Source: Octopus sinensis
Lineage: Eukaryota
Assembly (NCBI RefSeq): GCF_006345805.1
Contig: NW_021833842.1
Location: forward strand, 1 to 51,630
Direction: 5' to 3'
Length of the DNA stretch: 51,630 bases
The notes beneath the pieces are model-generated. The model was given only the letters and a program-made list of their open reading frames with translations. It was not told where the DNA came from and made no database searches. Below, piece by piece: positions 36,268-49,130 of this stretch. The position numbers and the translations under genes are program-made. Every line of letters begins with the position of its first letter. Within the stretch, counting starts at the first letter, position 1.

Positions 36268-38238
36268 CAACATCCGTTTTAAACAGTCGATCATCAACAC
36301 TGCGGCAGGAAAACATCTGTCCATCAAAAAATCTGACTCTAAATGCGATTGGCTATCAGAAGATACTATTAAAATTGCCCTCTGTCGTAGAGAAGCAAAG
36401 GCTACTGGCAGGAAAAAGGATGTCGTCTCTTTAAATGCCAAATTCCGTCATGCAGTCAGGAAGAACAAAAATGAGTACTGGCAAAAGTGTTGCACTCAGT
36501 TGGAGAATGACTTTAAGAAAGGGCATTTCAGGAATGCTTTTACACAAGTGAGAAAATCACATACTCCTTTTACTGCTCGGAAAGGAAAAGTCAACGACAG
36601 GGATGGCAGAGAGTTATTCAGCAGTCACAGCATCCGAAACAGATGGAGGGAGTTCGTGGAAGAACTTTATTCTCCTGAATACAAAACTTCAGCACCTCAT
36701 CATGGATCGCTCATTATTTTTCCGAACCCCGAAGATGATATCCGAGAAAGTGATGTTACATGGGCCGTGAATGAATTGCCTTGCAACAAGGCGCCTGGGC
36801 GGACGATATTTCAAGCGAGATGCTTAAGGCCATTCCTTTATCAGCAATCACAACTCTTTGCAAGAATATTTGGAAAACTGGTATTTGGCCTTCTGATTGG
36901 AAGAATATTTATTCTGTTGCCTAAAATGGGCGACAGCAAAGTCTGCTCGAATTACCGCACAATTGCTCTCATATCTCATGTTAGCAAAATACTCCTGTCG
37001 ATAATAAAACAACGTCTATCTCCAATCTCAGAAAAGATTCTTTCAAATTATCAAGCTGGTTTTAGACGTGGTCGTGGTACGAGAGATAACATCTCCAGCC
37101 TTCGATGGATTTTGGAAAAATCCCGTAAATCTCAGAAGCCTCTTTTCATGTGTTTCATTGACTATCGCAAGGCTTTTGATTGCGTATCTCACGTGAAACT
37201 TTGGTCAGTCCTGGAAGAATTTGGAATTCCTCATCATCTCATATCGTTAATAAAATCTCTTTATACTGACCAAGAGGGTTTTGTGCGGACTCCTTATGGA
37301 GACACAGACTGTTTCGGTATTGGGAGGGGCGTCCGACAAGGCTGTATTCTATCCCCGCTACTGTTTAATATTTACACGGAGAAAGTCATGGAGGTGTTAA
37401 ATTGCGAAAATGATATCGGAGTCAAAATTGGTGGCCTCAACATAAATAATCTCCGTTATGCAGATGATACTACTTTGCTGTCTGAAACAGAGGATGGCTT
37501 GAGGCAATTAATTACGAGAGTCAAAGACAACAGTGCCTCTTTTGGCCTATTCCTAAATGTGAAAAAAACCAAAATAATGACAACTTCACTGTCTGGAAAA
37601 ATTAGTGTCATCGTCGACGACGAAGAATAGAACATGTTGAAAGTTATATCTTTCTTGGAAGTCTGATAACCAGAGATGGTGGCTGTGTCTCAGAAATTAA
37701 TAGACGGATGGCTATGCAAGAGTACGATGATAAAACTGAATCGGATCTGGAGTAGCAAGGATGTTTCTCTCAAGACAAAGATAGGACTAGTCAACGCGAT
37801 TGTGTTTCCCGTTTTTCTCTATGGCTGTGAATCTTGGACACTGTCCAAAGCTCACAGCAAAAGAGTGGACTCACTGGAATTATGGTGCTGGCGCAAACTT
37901 TTGAACACAAATTGGTACGACAAAGTGTCAAATGTCGTTGTTCTCGAAAGGATTAAACCTACACTGTCGCTTGTGGCGAAAGTTTGGAAGCAACAATTAT
38001 CATATTTGGGGCACGTGCTTCGGGAGTATGGTATAGGAAAAGAAATCCTGCTGTCTTCGTTCGCTGGAAAAAGGAAGCAGGGTAGACCGAAACTAAACTG
38101 GACATCTGAAGTAGTGAAACTTACCGGACATCATTTGTCGGAAATAGCAGAGCTGGTGGGGGATAGAGTTTCGTGGAGGGACCTGTCTTACAGAATCGCC
38201 AATGGTCGGAATCGGCTGAATATGGCTTAACTTAACTT
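36268..38238 (+). mobile_element. 5'-truncated RTE-clade LINE with RT domain, stop codon and frameshifts
   Basis: YRTIALISHVSK, QAGFRRGRGTRD, FIDYRKAFD, GVRQGCILSP and YADD; (TTAAC)n tail; 10-bp TSD tatgctaatc (36258-36267, 38239-38248). Confidence 0.95.
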
Positions 38239-38525
38239 TATGCTAATCTAATTTTCCATCGATTAAACTTTCAAGATTTAAGAGATCGTCACCCTCCCTC
38301 AGAGATTTTTTGATAAGCGGAGATTTTAGGAAGATTGATACGTGGACGACTACAAAAACCTACTTCCGATGTCATGAAATAGTTGTACATCAATAAATAA
38401 TTGCATTATAGATTTCACTTTTTTTGTTAAAATTCTTATATAATATTATTCTGTTTAACAAACACATTAGAAAATTATAGAATTTTGTAATTAATATTGT
38501 GGTTTATTTCTTTCTTGCAGTTTTG

Positions 38526-40020
38526 ATGGCTTTAAAACCAGGAGACACCGTAAAAATAATATCGCCATTTGTACATGTTTTGAATATAAATTGTTTGTCT
38601 ATACGTTGTTCATGGTGCTTTTCGATGAACGAGTTTTTATATTATATTAAAATAATAGAAAATTAAAAAGATGCACAGGATGTAATGCCGTTAGATTTTG
38701 CAATATAGAATGCCAGGTTAAAAGTTGCTGATTTAATTAAATTAGAGAAAAGCCTGGACTGTGCACAAATACGAATGTCCAAGACTTAAACTAGGATATG
38801 TTCCTCTTGATATAATTAGATTGTATTTTCATCTCATTGTGAAGGTTGAAACTTTTGACTTATTATAGTTACATTTATGCCTTTTTCACATTCCCGACAA
38901 AATAACAGGAAAAAGCTTTGAAGATATGCATATGGGTATCGACTCTAATGCACAATTTAAGATTGTGATGAAAAACTAATGAAAAATTGCTCCCATTTTT
39001 ATTGAGGCTTACAAATATTGCCACACGTATGTTGAATTGCCCCCATCCGCATTTGGTTTTGAAATATTCACAAAAATGCAAGCCTCCGCAGTATACATTA
39101 AACATGAAAGTGGAACAATTATTGGAGTCGGGGTTTATTTATAGTATTGTTATCACGTCATAATTTAGCCAATTTGAACAATCCTGTGTCCCGAATTCTA
39201 TATATCGGTACAGTGGAATCAATCTAGTTTTGGCCGCTGTCAAATTTATTTCAATTTCCGAAGTTTTAATTTCAGAATTCATTTATTTAGGAAATTACTG
39301 TTTGTCATATTGATCAGTGTAGGAATAGAGCTGCTAGACAAAAGGCTCTTTTGGATTTCGGTATTATTTGTAAGTGTCCACGGTGTTTGGATGATTCTTT
39401 TGAGGCGCGTATAACATCCACAAACTGTGTTTTATGCTCCACAGGAAAAGTTGACGATTCTAACAAATGTGATAATTGTCTAAACATGGTTGACGATGAT
39501 TATGTCAAAAAACGAGCTCAAATGATTTTGGAATTCACAGATTTGATTTATATTTTGTCTATTTTAATATTCGAATAATTTATTAGTGAGAATAACCGTG
39601 GTTCGATGAAAATGTTAAAAAAAATTAATTTCACTTTAAATAATGGAAAAGACATATCCCAAAGACAAACATTTTATATATTCAATTAAACTATCTCAAG
39701 GCCATTATGATGTTGGGGTTACAAGAATATTCAAAATTCTTAGATTCTATTGAACCCATTTTCCCCGACCTTCAGTAATAAGAAATTTATTATTTGTAGA
39801 ATGATGTATGGGCTTTCGAATAGCACATCTTTTATTGGAAGCGAAATACTAAAATGCAAAATATTGTTAAAGAAGAAAGTTTCTCCTATATTTTATAATC
39901 AGGTTTTTCCCGACTTTAGGATCATGGAAATAGTTATTAGAAATGACCTCTATCACTTATGGAGAAGACAGTGAATGTTATAAATTGATGATTAGCTATA
40001 AAAATTTAATTAATAACTAA
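38526..40020 (+). CDS. SMYD-family SET/MYND protein with non-canonical catalytic motifs
   Basis: MYND finger (CSWC...CTGC...FCNIECQ...HKYEC), xxSCVPN, post-SET CKCPRC and a TPR-like tail (ITYGED). The 3' exon structure is uncertain. Confidence 0.8.
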
Positions 40021-40122
40021 AACTAACATCTTCATTATTGGTTTCTAATTAACAATAAACTAACAAGTAAATAAAAATATTTTCTGGTTAAATTATTTTA
40101 ACTTATTATTAAAATAATATTT

Positions 40123-41727
40123 ATGAAATAAACTTTTGATTCCAATTATAACGATTTTGCATGTTTGTTGTTGTGGTCATTATTGCCTTATTTAAAGTAT
40201 CACTAGAAAATGTAATTGTTCAATCATAACCACATAATATTAATAGTCTAAAAACAGTGTTGCCCTAATAAACAACGCTAATGAAAATAACAAAACAGAA
40301 ATAACCAGCGAAACATATTTAAAGAAATTTTCTGATTGGAAAGCTCATGACAATCCGTCAAATGTCACAAATAACCACCCAAATAGTAAAAATATTAACT
40401 TATTAATACTCAGGCGGGACTAATGGGCATTTAAGTGGGTTAAAAGACGATATAATCAATAAAAACTACGCTTCACATTCTTGTGGGGCTAAAGTACTCG
40501 AAACGAACTCTGAGTGTCATAATTCACAGGCAATTCTATCAGATGATAAAGATTTTTATACAAATAATCCATGTGAGGCTAAAAAATGGTTTTTTAATAT
40601 ATTTAATTATTTTTTTAGGTTTGTGATCAAGCTGTGTGACTCCATCGATGTAACATCTGTCAAATTTGCGAATTTAGAACTATTTTCGTCACATCCAAAA
40701 TATATTAGGCTATCCACAACAAAAAAGTAATTTTATTACATTATTTAAATTAGTTATCCACCTACTGACGGGTGGAGGACATTTGCAGAGTTATCAGTCC
40801 CTCCACCCGAATCTCCAAAGGCTAGTGAATGGCAATTTTTGATCGAAAGTGACCTTTTAATCCGATTTATCCGAATTGACTATGTCGAACATGAAGGAAA
40901 GCATCATTTCTGCCCTCTGACTTATTTTCGGTTTGTTACAAATTATATTTTAGGTTCTATGGACTGACAGAAGAGGAGTTGCTTTTTATGTACACAAATA
41001 ATCATGATTCCGTTACACACCTCCTGTCCCAGAAATCACGGAAATTGATTCCCTTGATGGTTTTCTATCAAATTTCAAGCTCAGGATATTGTTTGGGTGG
41101 AATAAATCTGATAACTTGGAGTTTGTTTATGGAAGACCAAGTTTTTTGTCCAGTCGACGACTTTAAGCATTCTGCGAAAGATAAAAATGATTCGAAAGTG
41201 GGATTATCAGGCTTAGTGGACGAGGAAAAGAAACGAAATGAAAATTCCACGTCCACTTCCCAGCAAAAGGAAATGGCTTCCCTTTTGAAATTAAGCGGAA
41301 ATATTAAAGATTTACAAAAATCTGCAATTTTAAGCGAAAAGTATTTATAAATTATATTTTTAAGATATTTGGATGAAATGAGTCTATATTATAATCGGAA
41401 GATATGTGAGTTGAATGCTAGACTGGATACTTTGGCTAACGAAAATACAATGACAATGAATAAAGTAGTTTTGTTAGTTTAAAATTGGATAAGGTTCGAT
41501 TTTTGCACAATCATTTGTATTTGTTGCAAAAAAGATTGTTTGAATTGGAGAGTAATGTTTCATACTATACAAGATTGACCGATGATTTGGAAGGAAATGT
41601 ATATATTGAGGATTATTTGTAGTCGCGGAAGCAAGATCGTGTTATTGTGCTTGTTGTCATATCTGTTGTGGCTGTTTGGGCATTTATTATTCTTTACAGG
41701 CATGAAAGTATAATTTATTGGTTTTAA
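40123..41727 (+). CDS. SUCO: Mid-SUN-domain protein (SUCO/osteopotentia/Slp1-like)
   Basis: NYASHSCGAKVL, NPCEAKKWFVIKLC, NLELFSS and HFCPLT; coiled coil; C-terminal TM segment. Start and last exon approximate. Confidence 0.82.
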
Positions 41728-42019
41728 TGAGGCTAGAGAAGGTCATTTAGTACATTGGGATGAGTGATGCTTTTGAATGCTTGTGAACTATTTATTTGTT
41801 TATTTATTGAATAAACGACTTATTGATTTTTGTTAAAATATTATAGGATAATCGAAATAGTGTTTTATGTTTTATGATCCGCAAAACTAGGATCCCTTTT
41901 AAAGATAATAGTTTAAATTTTTTGCAGATTTTTGTAAATTTTTAATTTTTTGTAAAAAAATTGACAAAGTGATAACAGAAAAGTAACTCAAACGATAGTT
42001 AAGAGCCTAAGTGTCAGCT

Positions 42020-42560
42020 TAATGACTCTGCATGTTAAGTGGCAGGTTTGTGGACCTTAGCGACTGAGATTTGCGGAAAAAGTCAGCTAGTCTCCTTCCG
42101 GTCGCTATTTTGCGTCAAAATTTTCTCAGCAAATGTCAGAAAGAAGTTGAATCACACCCTTGTTGAGAATTCCAAAGATTTCAAAAACAATGGAAATAAA
42201 CTTTAGAGAGTCCAAAATGCAGCCCTATTTTGTCTTTTTGACTCCTTCAGTCTGAATACTAGCGGAACTCTGGTTGTTAACTATCTCTGGTATAAGCATT
42301 GCAGAAAACAAGTCAACACAGGTGGCTTTCGAAATCAGAGATTTGCCTTCTTTAAAAAAAATAGTCATCCCGTCGGAACACTTTCCGTCTTTCTGGCAGA
42401 GACCAACTGACTATAGAGTGGAAGGAAAACCTGCTGAATCTAAAGCTCTTTTGACGACTTCGTTAAGTTGAGTGTGACAAAGAATTCTAGCAACATTTTT
42501 CTTTCACGACAAGGCGTACAATCCGTTCGACGAAATTGATATTTCTTATTTGGCATAGAA
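42020..42560 (-). mobile_element. Decayed CRE-like REL 3' fragment
   Basis: HTQLNEVVKRALDSAGFPS..VGL..KDGK..DGMT...ATCVD. Confidence 0.8.
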
Positions 42561-43189
42561 GTCAAATAAGTGATGTTCTGGATTACCAGTCTTTAATAAA
42601 TAAATCAATGTAAATTTTTACTGGAACTAAGAATATGCATTTAGAATAATTTGATATCACGTTCTTGATGATTCGACTCTTGACTCCAAATTAATAACAA
42701 CTGCATAGATGCTGAATCTTATTGATTCCTTAACAAGCCTCTTCATGAAGTGAAGATACAATAATCTCATGCCTGGCTCATTTTTCTGAGAAATGACGTC
42801 GTCTTTTTCATTTACACTGTTCAGGTATAGTTTTTTTGTTCTTAATTTTTTACAAACGTTTTGCCAAACAGACTTATCTTTGGCGGAAGAGTTCAGCTCT
42901 CTATAACTTTTTTGCTGACCTGACTTTTTGTCCATTTCTTGTCGTTTTTCCGCTTACAGGAAAATTCTTAATTATCAGTATCTCCACTAAATAATTATTA
43001 AATCACAAGAATTTTTTTATTTTTGGTAATATTTTTGAATGGAAATCTTATTATTTCGTCCACCAATGACGAAATCCCCAGACATTAAACAAATTTAAAA
43101 AAGTAAAAATAATTAAAAAATAGAAGCATGTCTAAGTTCCTTGTTCTGTTGATTCTTTTCGCCATTTATAGACTCCGTGAATTTAACTA

Positions 43190-43690
43190 ACGAGGCCGTG
43201 CATTCACGTACAATATCTCAGTGCCAGCAGGATTCTAAAGCATGCTTCACTGAATTATGTTTTAGACGTTCGCTTAGCGCCACTGAATTTCCTTCGGTAC
43301 TGGAACCAGTTGGATTAGACCGTGGAAACGGAAAGCGTCATGACAGATCTACTTTATTCCAGTTCAAAATGGGTCTTGCCCTCCTATGGGATGTAACCTA
43401 TGTCGGCTCGTTTTCGTCATTAGTGGTCATAGACTATGTTTTCGCCCTAGATTTGCCTCTGCTATGACTAAAACCAAAAGAAATCGCAAAGTATGCTCCC
43501 TTGGTCAAAACTTGTTGCTTCGTTCCCCGGGCTTTGAAAACAGTAAGGTGATTGGCCAAAAAGCTCTTAAATTCTTCTCAGAGATTGGTTTAATCAAATC
43601 GAAGAGGAGTTACAACAGTCGTGAAACGATGTAGATTTTCAACAAGAATCGGTCGAGATATTACGTGGAAATTGCCTGTCCATCCGCTCA
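43190..43690 (+). mobile_element. Decayed CRE-like REL 3' fragment
   Basis: PSVLEPVGLDRGNGKR...LLWDVTYV. Confidence 0.8.
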
Positions 43691-43918
43691 GCGACTAATA
43701 TAAATTAAATTTTTCTTTTTTTTGGTGTCAATATTTTGTTTTGTCTTATTTGCTACTTGAGGACTTAGAATGCCCCACAAAAGGGATTGGATTTGCCAAA
43801 AATCAAATTTTTTCTTAAAAATGATAGTTTAATGTTTTAAAATCATTCTTTCTCTCAATACCATTATTTTTTTAATATTTAAATTTATTTTTGTTTTTTT
43901 GTATTTTAACGTAAAATA

Positions 43919-45310
43919 CAGTGAATCCTCGCGATTTGGCTATTTTTAGGACATGAAAATTTTATGGCCAATTTGAAATAATCAATACTTTAGAAATTAA
44001 AACAGACACGTTTAAATTTAATTAAAATAAAATTTAATCCCTAATTTCTTTTTTACTTTCCCGTTTTAGGTTTGCTTTTTTTTATTGCAGTAATGAGCAA
44101 AACATCATTTTCATTTTTTTCTGCATTATAGGCAAGTTCCCTTTCTATTCCGGTTAATCTAAATTCTATGTTTTTTCCATCAAGTTGATATGTGATTTTT
44201 GTATCATAGTGTTCAATTATCACTATCATATTGTTCAATTATTAAATTTTTAGGGATACAATGTGGAGGACAGTGGTCTATTAGAAATAAAATTTTCTTT
44301 CTAATTTTAAGCTACAGGTCAAAACTAATAATCCAATCAAAAAAAGGATGCAGTCATCCAAGCTTTCTATAATATGAGACTAGAAATCCGTAGTTAACAT
44401 TTCTAAAGCATCTAAGCATTTTCGGTTTTCCAATCATAACTGGTTTTTATTTATGATTTCCGGACATATTTGAACAGAGCATAATAGACACACGGTCTAT
44501 ATAATTTTTGTGTCCTTAGAATCTGTTTTTGCATATGCTTTTCGTTGAATAAGTTTGCAGTATAATGCAGTTTCATCAAGATTATAGATTTGATCAGGCT
44601 TATACAATTTAGCAATTTTTTAAAATTCTTGACGAAATGAATTAATGTCAACTACTTTATCAGTTAGAATTTCTTGATGTAATTTTGGCATTCTAAAAGC
44701 ATGCCTCTTTTTAAATTTTTCCAGTAGAATTTTTAAAATTATAAAGTTGTAACTTTTCGCAAAATGCGCAGTCTTACACGATATTAAGGAATCATTCAAC
44801 TAAGCTCACAGCAAAAGAGTGAACTCACTGGAATTATGGTGCTAGCGCAAATTTTTGAACATAAATTGGTACGACAAAGTGTCAAATGTCGTTGTTCTCG
44901 AAAGGATTAAACCTACACTGTCGCTTGTGGCGAAAGTTTGGAAGCAACAATTATCATATTTGGGGCACGTGCTTCGGGAGTATGGTATAGGAAAAGAAAT
45001 CCTGCTGTCTTCGTTCGCTGGAAAAAGGAAGCGGGGTAGACCGAAACTAAACTGGACATCTGAAGTAGTGAAACTTACCGGACATCATTTGTCGGAAATA
45101 GCAGAGCTGGTGGGGGATAGAGTTTCGTGGAGGGACCTGTCTTACAGAATCGTCAATGGCCGGAATCGGCTGAATATGGCTTAAATTAACTTAACTTAAC
45201 TCAACTAATTAAAAAAATTCACAAAATTTGAAAATTGGCCAATTTATTAAGAAAATTAATTTTTTTTCTTAGTAAATCGTTAAAAATTGGCCAATTTGCG
45301 AGGGTTCACG
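43919..45310 (-). mobile_element. Tigger element with decayed transposase (about 44240-44740)
   Basis: TA-CAGTGAATCCTCGC ... GCGAGGGTTCAC(T)G-TA; LEKFKKRH, IYNLDETALY, KAWMT and LIDHCPPH. Confidence 0.85.
44804..45200 (+). mobile_element. Short 5'-truncated RTE copy inside the Tigger element
   Basis: Seven substitutions in about 380 bp versus 37850-38230; (TTAAC)n tail; 8-bp TSD tcaactaa (44796-44803, 45201-45208). Confidence 0.95.
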
Positions 45311-45479
45311 TATATTAATTATCTGACACAAAACGATTTTTCATTTTAATAACACAAATTAAAATGCAATATGCCTTGTTGAAAATAAATGAGTTTAACT
45401 CCATTTTTAACGCTGATTGCTCAAGATTATTGTATAAAATGTTTAAAGATTTTTAACTGTTTATTTTTTTATTCATAAT

Positions 45480-45930
45480 TACAAGATTATTCACTACTTT
45501 ATATGAAAAATCCCGAAATTAACCATCTGAAGTTGATATTTTCCCATCTCGAAAGAACTTTATGTTTTGCTACTCGGGAATATAACCCAAATGAATTTAG
45601 TATTGGACTAAATGTTTGAAAGACACGACAACATTAAATTTAGATTCGGTATTTGAGCAAGATACACAGCGTAAATTGATGGTTCGTTCCTCCAGATTAA
45701 TTTTAATATTTTTTTTTGATTTGAAGACGGTTTTGCTAAAAATCCCTATTTAATTTTCGCATTTGTGGCCGTTTTTGAACAATTTTTTTTGAAAATCTCA
45801 CAGTCGATTTGGGAATTTCTAGCATTTTAGTTTTTCGAAAGAATATTAGCCAATGTTTACCCCCGACCAAAACTTTGTACTCACAAACTGAATTTGCTAC
45901 TTTTTGAGATTTCTTTCTTCGCACCGGCAT
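45480..45930 (-). pseudogene. Tc1-like transposase N-terminal remnant
   Basis: MLEIPKSTV and LNSFGLYSRVAKHK. Confidence 0.55.
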
Positions 45931-46379
45931 TTGGCAAAAATTATAAGTCGTATTCCAAAATCAGTTAGGATTATTGTCAATTGAATTCACTCACTATCTT
46001 ATTCAATTGAATCCGTCCTATCTTCTGACTCAAAAGCTTATTTGTACAATCTTTGCTTTGCCTCTGAAGTCTTTCCCTATCTGTTAAAAACCCCTCCTTC
46101 CTCGAGCTCTTTCTTTATTAAATCCTCGAGCAAACTATAAATTAAACCACAAAATCCAGAGTCCTTGGACGCTCCTTAGAGAATTATCCGTAATAAACTC
46201 TCTCAGTCGGCAGACATTCCCAATTTCAACAAATCTTTTTCTGCTAAAAGAGGAACATCAAAGACTTCTTAGTTATAAAAATTAAAAATCAAAGTATTTT
46301 GATTCCCCAATATACCCAGCTGAATCAAAAAAACCCTTACTGAAAAAAAGTCGTGCTTGATTGTATACACAATAAGATT

Positions 46380-46720
46380 GAAATCGCGTCTCTGAAGGCT
46401 CATTTGATCTTCTTGCTTATCAAAAACGATCTTTTTATTTCTAAATTTGCTTTTCAGTTGCGATCGATGTTTGAAAGTTTTCGATTTTAAGGGACTTAAG
46501 CATTTTTCTTGCAAACTGGGTGCAGATAGATTTAGCAGGCACTTAACGTTAAACGACATTGTTAAAAAAGCTCTGAACTCAGAAATTTTTTTTCTATTTG
46601 AGAGCACATGGGGCTTGATTGCAAAGACTTGAAACGTCCTGGCGGATTGACACGTTTTTCGGAATGCCAAATATCTTGTTTGGAATGTACCATTTGTGAA
46701 TTCCTTTTGAAAATTAATCT
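46380..46720 (+). mobile_element. Decayed CRE-like zinc knuckle and REL fragment
   Basis: CDRC..FDFKGLKHFSC...RHLTLNDIVKKAL and GLDCKDLKRPGG. Confidence 0.7.
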
Positions 46721-47250
46721 AATTAACTTTTTTCACCTTCGAATATTTACTAAAGATCAATCATTTAAGACAAAAGCGTTTTTGAATTTATCGCCTTGAA
46801 TTAATATATTGTTATTTGGGTAGATATTAAAAAAATTCACTGCGTCTTGGGAAAAGGAACAGCATAGCATGTTTCCGCCCAACAATCTGCACCAAAATAT
46901 TGTCTATTTAATAGACTCTATTATATCAAATGTGTTCACAACTGCACATTCGGAGAAGCCAGTCTTAAAACCTCTGAGAAAACTTTATTCTCTTCTATAA
47001 TCGGAGGAGCAACCAAGTCTTGTATCAGCTTTGGAAAACGTTCTTGAAAATTACCGTGAATTTTCCTGGCATTAAATTTCCGATCAATTTATCTAAGGCT
47101 TAGTTTCGGATTACTTTTTTGTGTTCTGAGTGAAAAAAATTATCTAAACCTCTATAAATAACTTTATCAAACATCGCCGGATTCGACTATTACGTCCATG
47201 AACTATTTTACCTATGTAAATAACATACAAAAATTTTATTAATTAGAAAA

Positions 47251-48271
47251 TCATAAAAAACGACTTTGTTTATCACATTTTTTAAGTTGACAAGCCTCCT
47301 TATATGGTGGATTAATAGGAGGCTGAATAGGTTCGCGGTATACATACTCCTCCTCTCCAAACTGACATTAATTAAAGTATATATACTACTTCTAACATAT
47401 ACGTTTTATCTGAATCCAATGAATTGAGATCCCCACAAAAAAGAAATTCTGGACGGAAAGAATTTTGATGTTTAAACAATAAAAATGAATTTTCTGGTGC
47501 CTTTTCCGCGCCATAAAATCCTCTGCAAACTACAAACGCTTCTGCACTCGAATTTCGACTGCTGGCAGGCTTAGCAACAGAAAGGTCCTCAAAAAACAAT
47601 CTCAATTGGGAAAATAGTAGATCAGAATTTTTAGCTCGAAAAATCTAAGAAAAATTTGAATTTCTCACCTTAGACATAAAAGACCCTCCTTTCTTCAATA
47701 ATTTAACGGATATTTTAAGTGCCTTGTAAAAATATTAATAAACTTACTGAAAGGACGAGTTGAGCTTGCATGTACTCGTCCATGTCATGCAGTCCCGTGA
47801 CTAAATAAAATAATAAACGGACAACCATCGGGGGCTCCATCACATACAACAAGGTCGGCCAAATTTCCATCCAAATTCTGAATAATCAAATCGACTGTTT
47901 TGCTCTAACAGTATTAAAATAAATATAAACATCTGTAATGTCACATTGCAGTGTAATAGCGTCTTGCAGTGGCTGTATCTCCTGAACGTCCACTGACACT
48001 ACTTTGAACTGATTGGAGTCATTGTGTATGTCTCTGAGATAGTTAAATTATTGTACCGCAGTCGTTTTGTTATTACTTGGGTCCAGCTTCCTGGTGCGGC
48101 ACAGAGATCCACGACGTACTTGCAATCTGATTTGTTATGAGTAAGATTACTGTTAAGAAGATTGAATTGATCATCTACTTGTATGAGCTTAAAGGCACTT
48201 CTCGCTCTCCATGCTTGTTCTTTGGCAAATCTATAATATATGTCTCGTCTATCTTTAGAAGATTTTCCCAT
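47251..48271 (-). CDS. FTSJ1: tRNA 2'-O-methyltransferase Trm7, 8 exons
   Basis: [54 protein letters not shown] and QPPINPPY; introns of 24, 23, 26, 25, 25, 24 and 28 nt. Confidence 0.95.
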
Positions 48272-48429
48272 TACAACACGAGTCTTAACAAGGATTAAAA
48301 TTATTTAAATATTTTATTTTTTATAATTTAAGGTTTTTTACTAAGATTTCTTTGCTTTTTTAAATGAAAAATGCTATGGATCTCTCCAAAAGTTTGAATG
48401 TGTGTTAGTCACCTGAACGTGTTAGTTAA

Positions 48430-49130
48430 TGGTTAAGACGGTGATTTTGTTTGACTTAAAAAAAAATTTACAATACCTTAAACCAGGGTTTCTTAAACGG
48501 GGGTACATGTCCCTAGGGGGTACGCGGAACATTTTTTAATTTGTTATTATTCAGATGATTTTAATAATTTAATCGATTTTGATAGCATGGTTCATTTGTT
48601 TTTCGTTATGGTTAATAAAACGCGTAAATGGGATGACTCATATATGCAATATGGATTCACCAAATCTTTTGGAACAGACAATGTGGATAAGGCGCAGTGT
48701 ATGTTGTGCGATGCTTTACTTGGAAACAATTCATTAAAACCTGTCAATTTATTAAGACACAAACGTTCGGCTCACTCTGATAATACAGATAGTCTTGAAC
48801 GCTGCCTTAAACTAATTGTTACTTTTCGTATCCCGTAAGCCGACCGCGTAGCAAATCTGAGGAAAAGGAGTGTTCCATCAGATTTCATCTGGGTTCGGAA
48901 ACATAAATCTGTACACCTAGCCCTCACATATGGTTACTAGACTGGTTCGATTCGGAGAAGAGTGACTACCTTATTGAACAGTTAGAAAAGACGATACGTT
49001 CCGCATTAAAACTGGCTTACGGAGTAAAACTTGACGGAAGGCTAGAAAGAATTCTCTGTTCCTACGATCGGGATGGTCTTGGAGAAGAGCTGTGTTATGT
49101 AATTATAATTGGGGTTAGCATAGAAAGAGA
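48430..49130 (+). pseudogene. LINE RT C-terminal remnant interrupted by a hAT
   Basis: ALTYG and DW...EQLEKTIRSALKLAYG-like motifs; the decayed frame continues across the hAT insertion. Confidence 0.4.
48484..48804 (+). mobile_element. 321-bp Buster hAT derivative carrying only the BED-finger start
   Basis: Left TIR CAGGGTTTCTTAAAC; right end only GAACGCTG; perfect 8-bp TSD ccttaaac (48476-48483, 48805-48812). Confidence 0.85.

Noticed and set aside
35300-38400. Possible minus-strand host gene disrupted by the RTE (KKIVFVGD and hydrophobic stretches)
   Set aside because: I could not build a consistent spliced frame after removing the insertion.
42657-42935. 92-aa ORF
   Set aside because: No recognisable domain; flanked by CRE remnants.
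46850-47100. Possible R2/R4-like RT remnant on the minus strand
   Set aside because: Only a weak QxGF-like motif; too degenerate to call.
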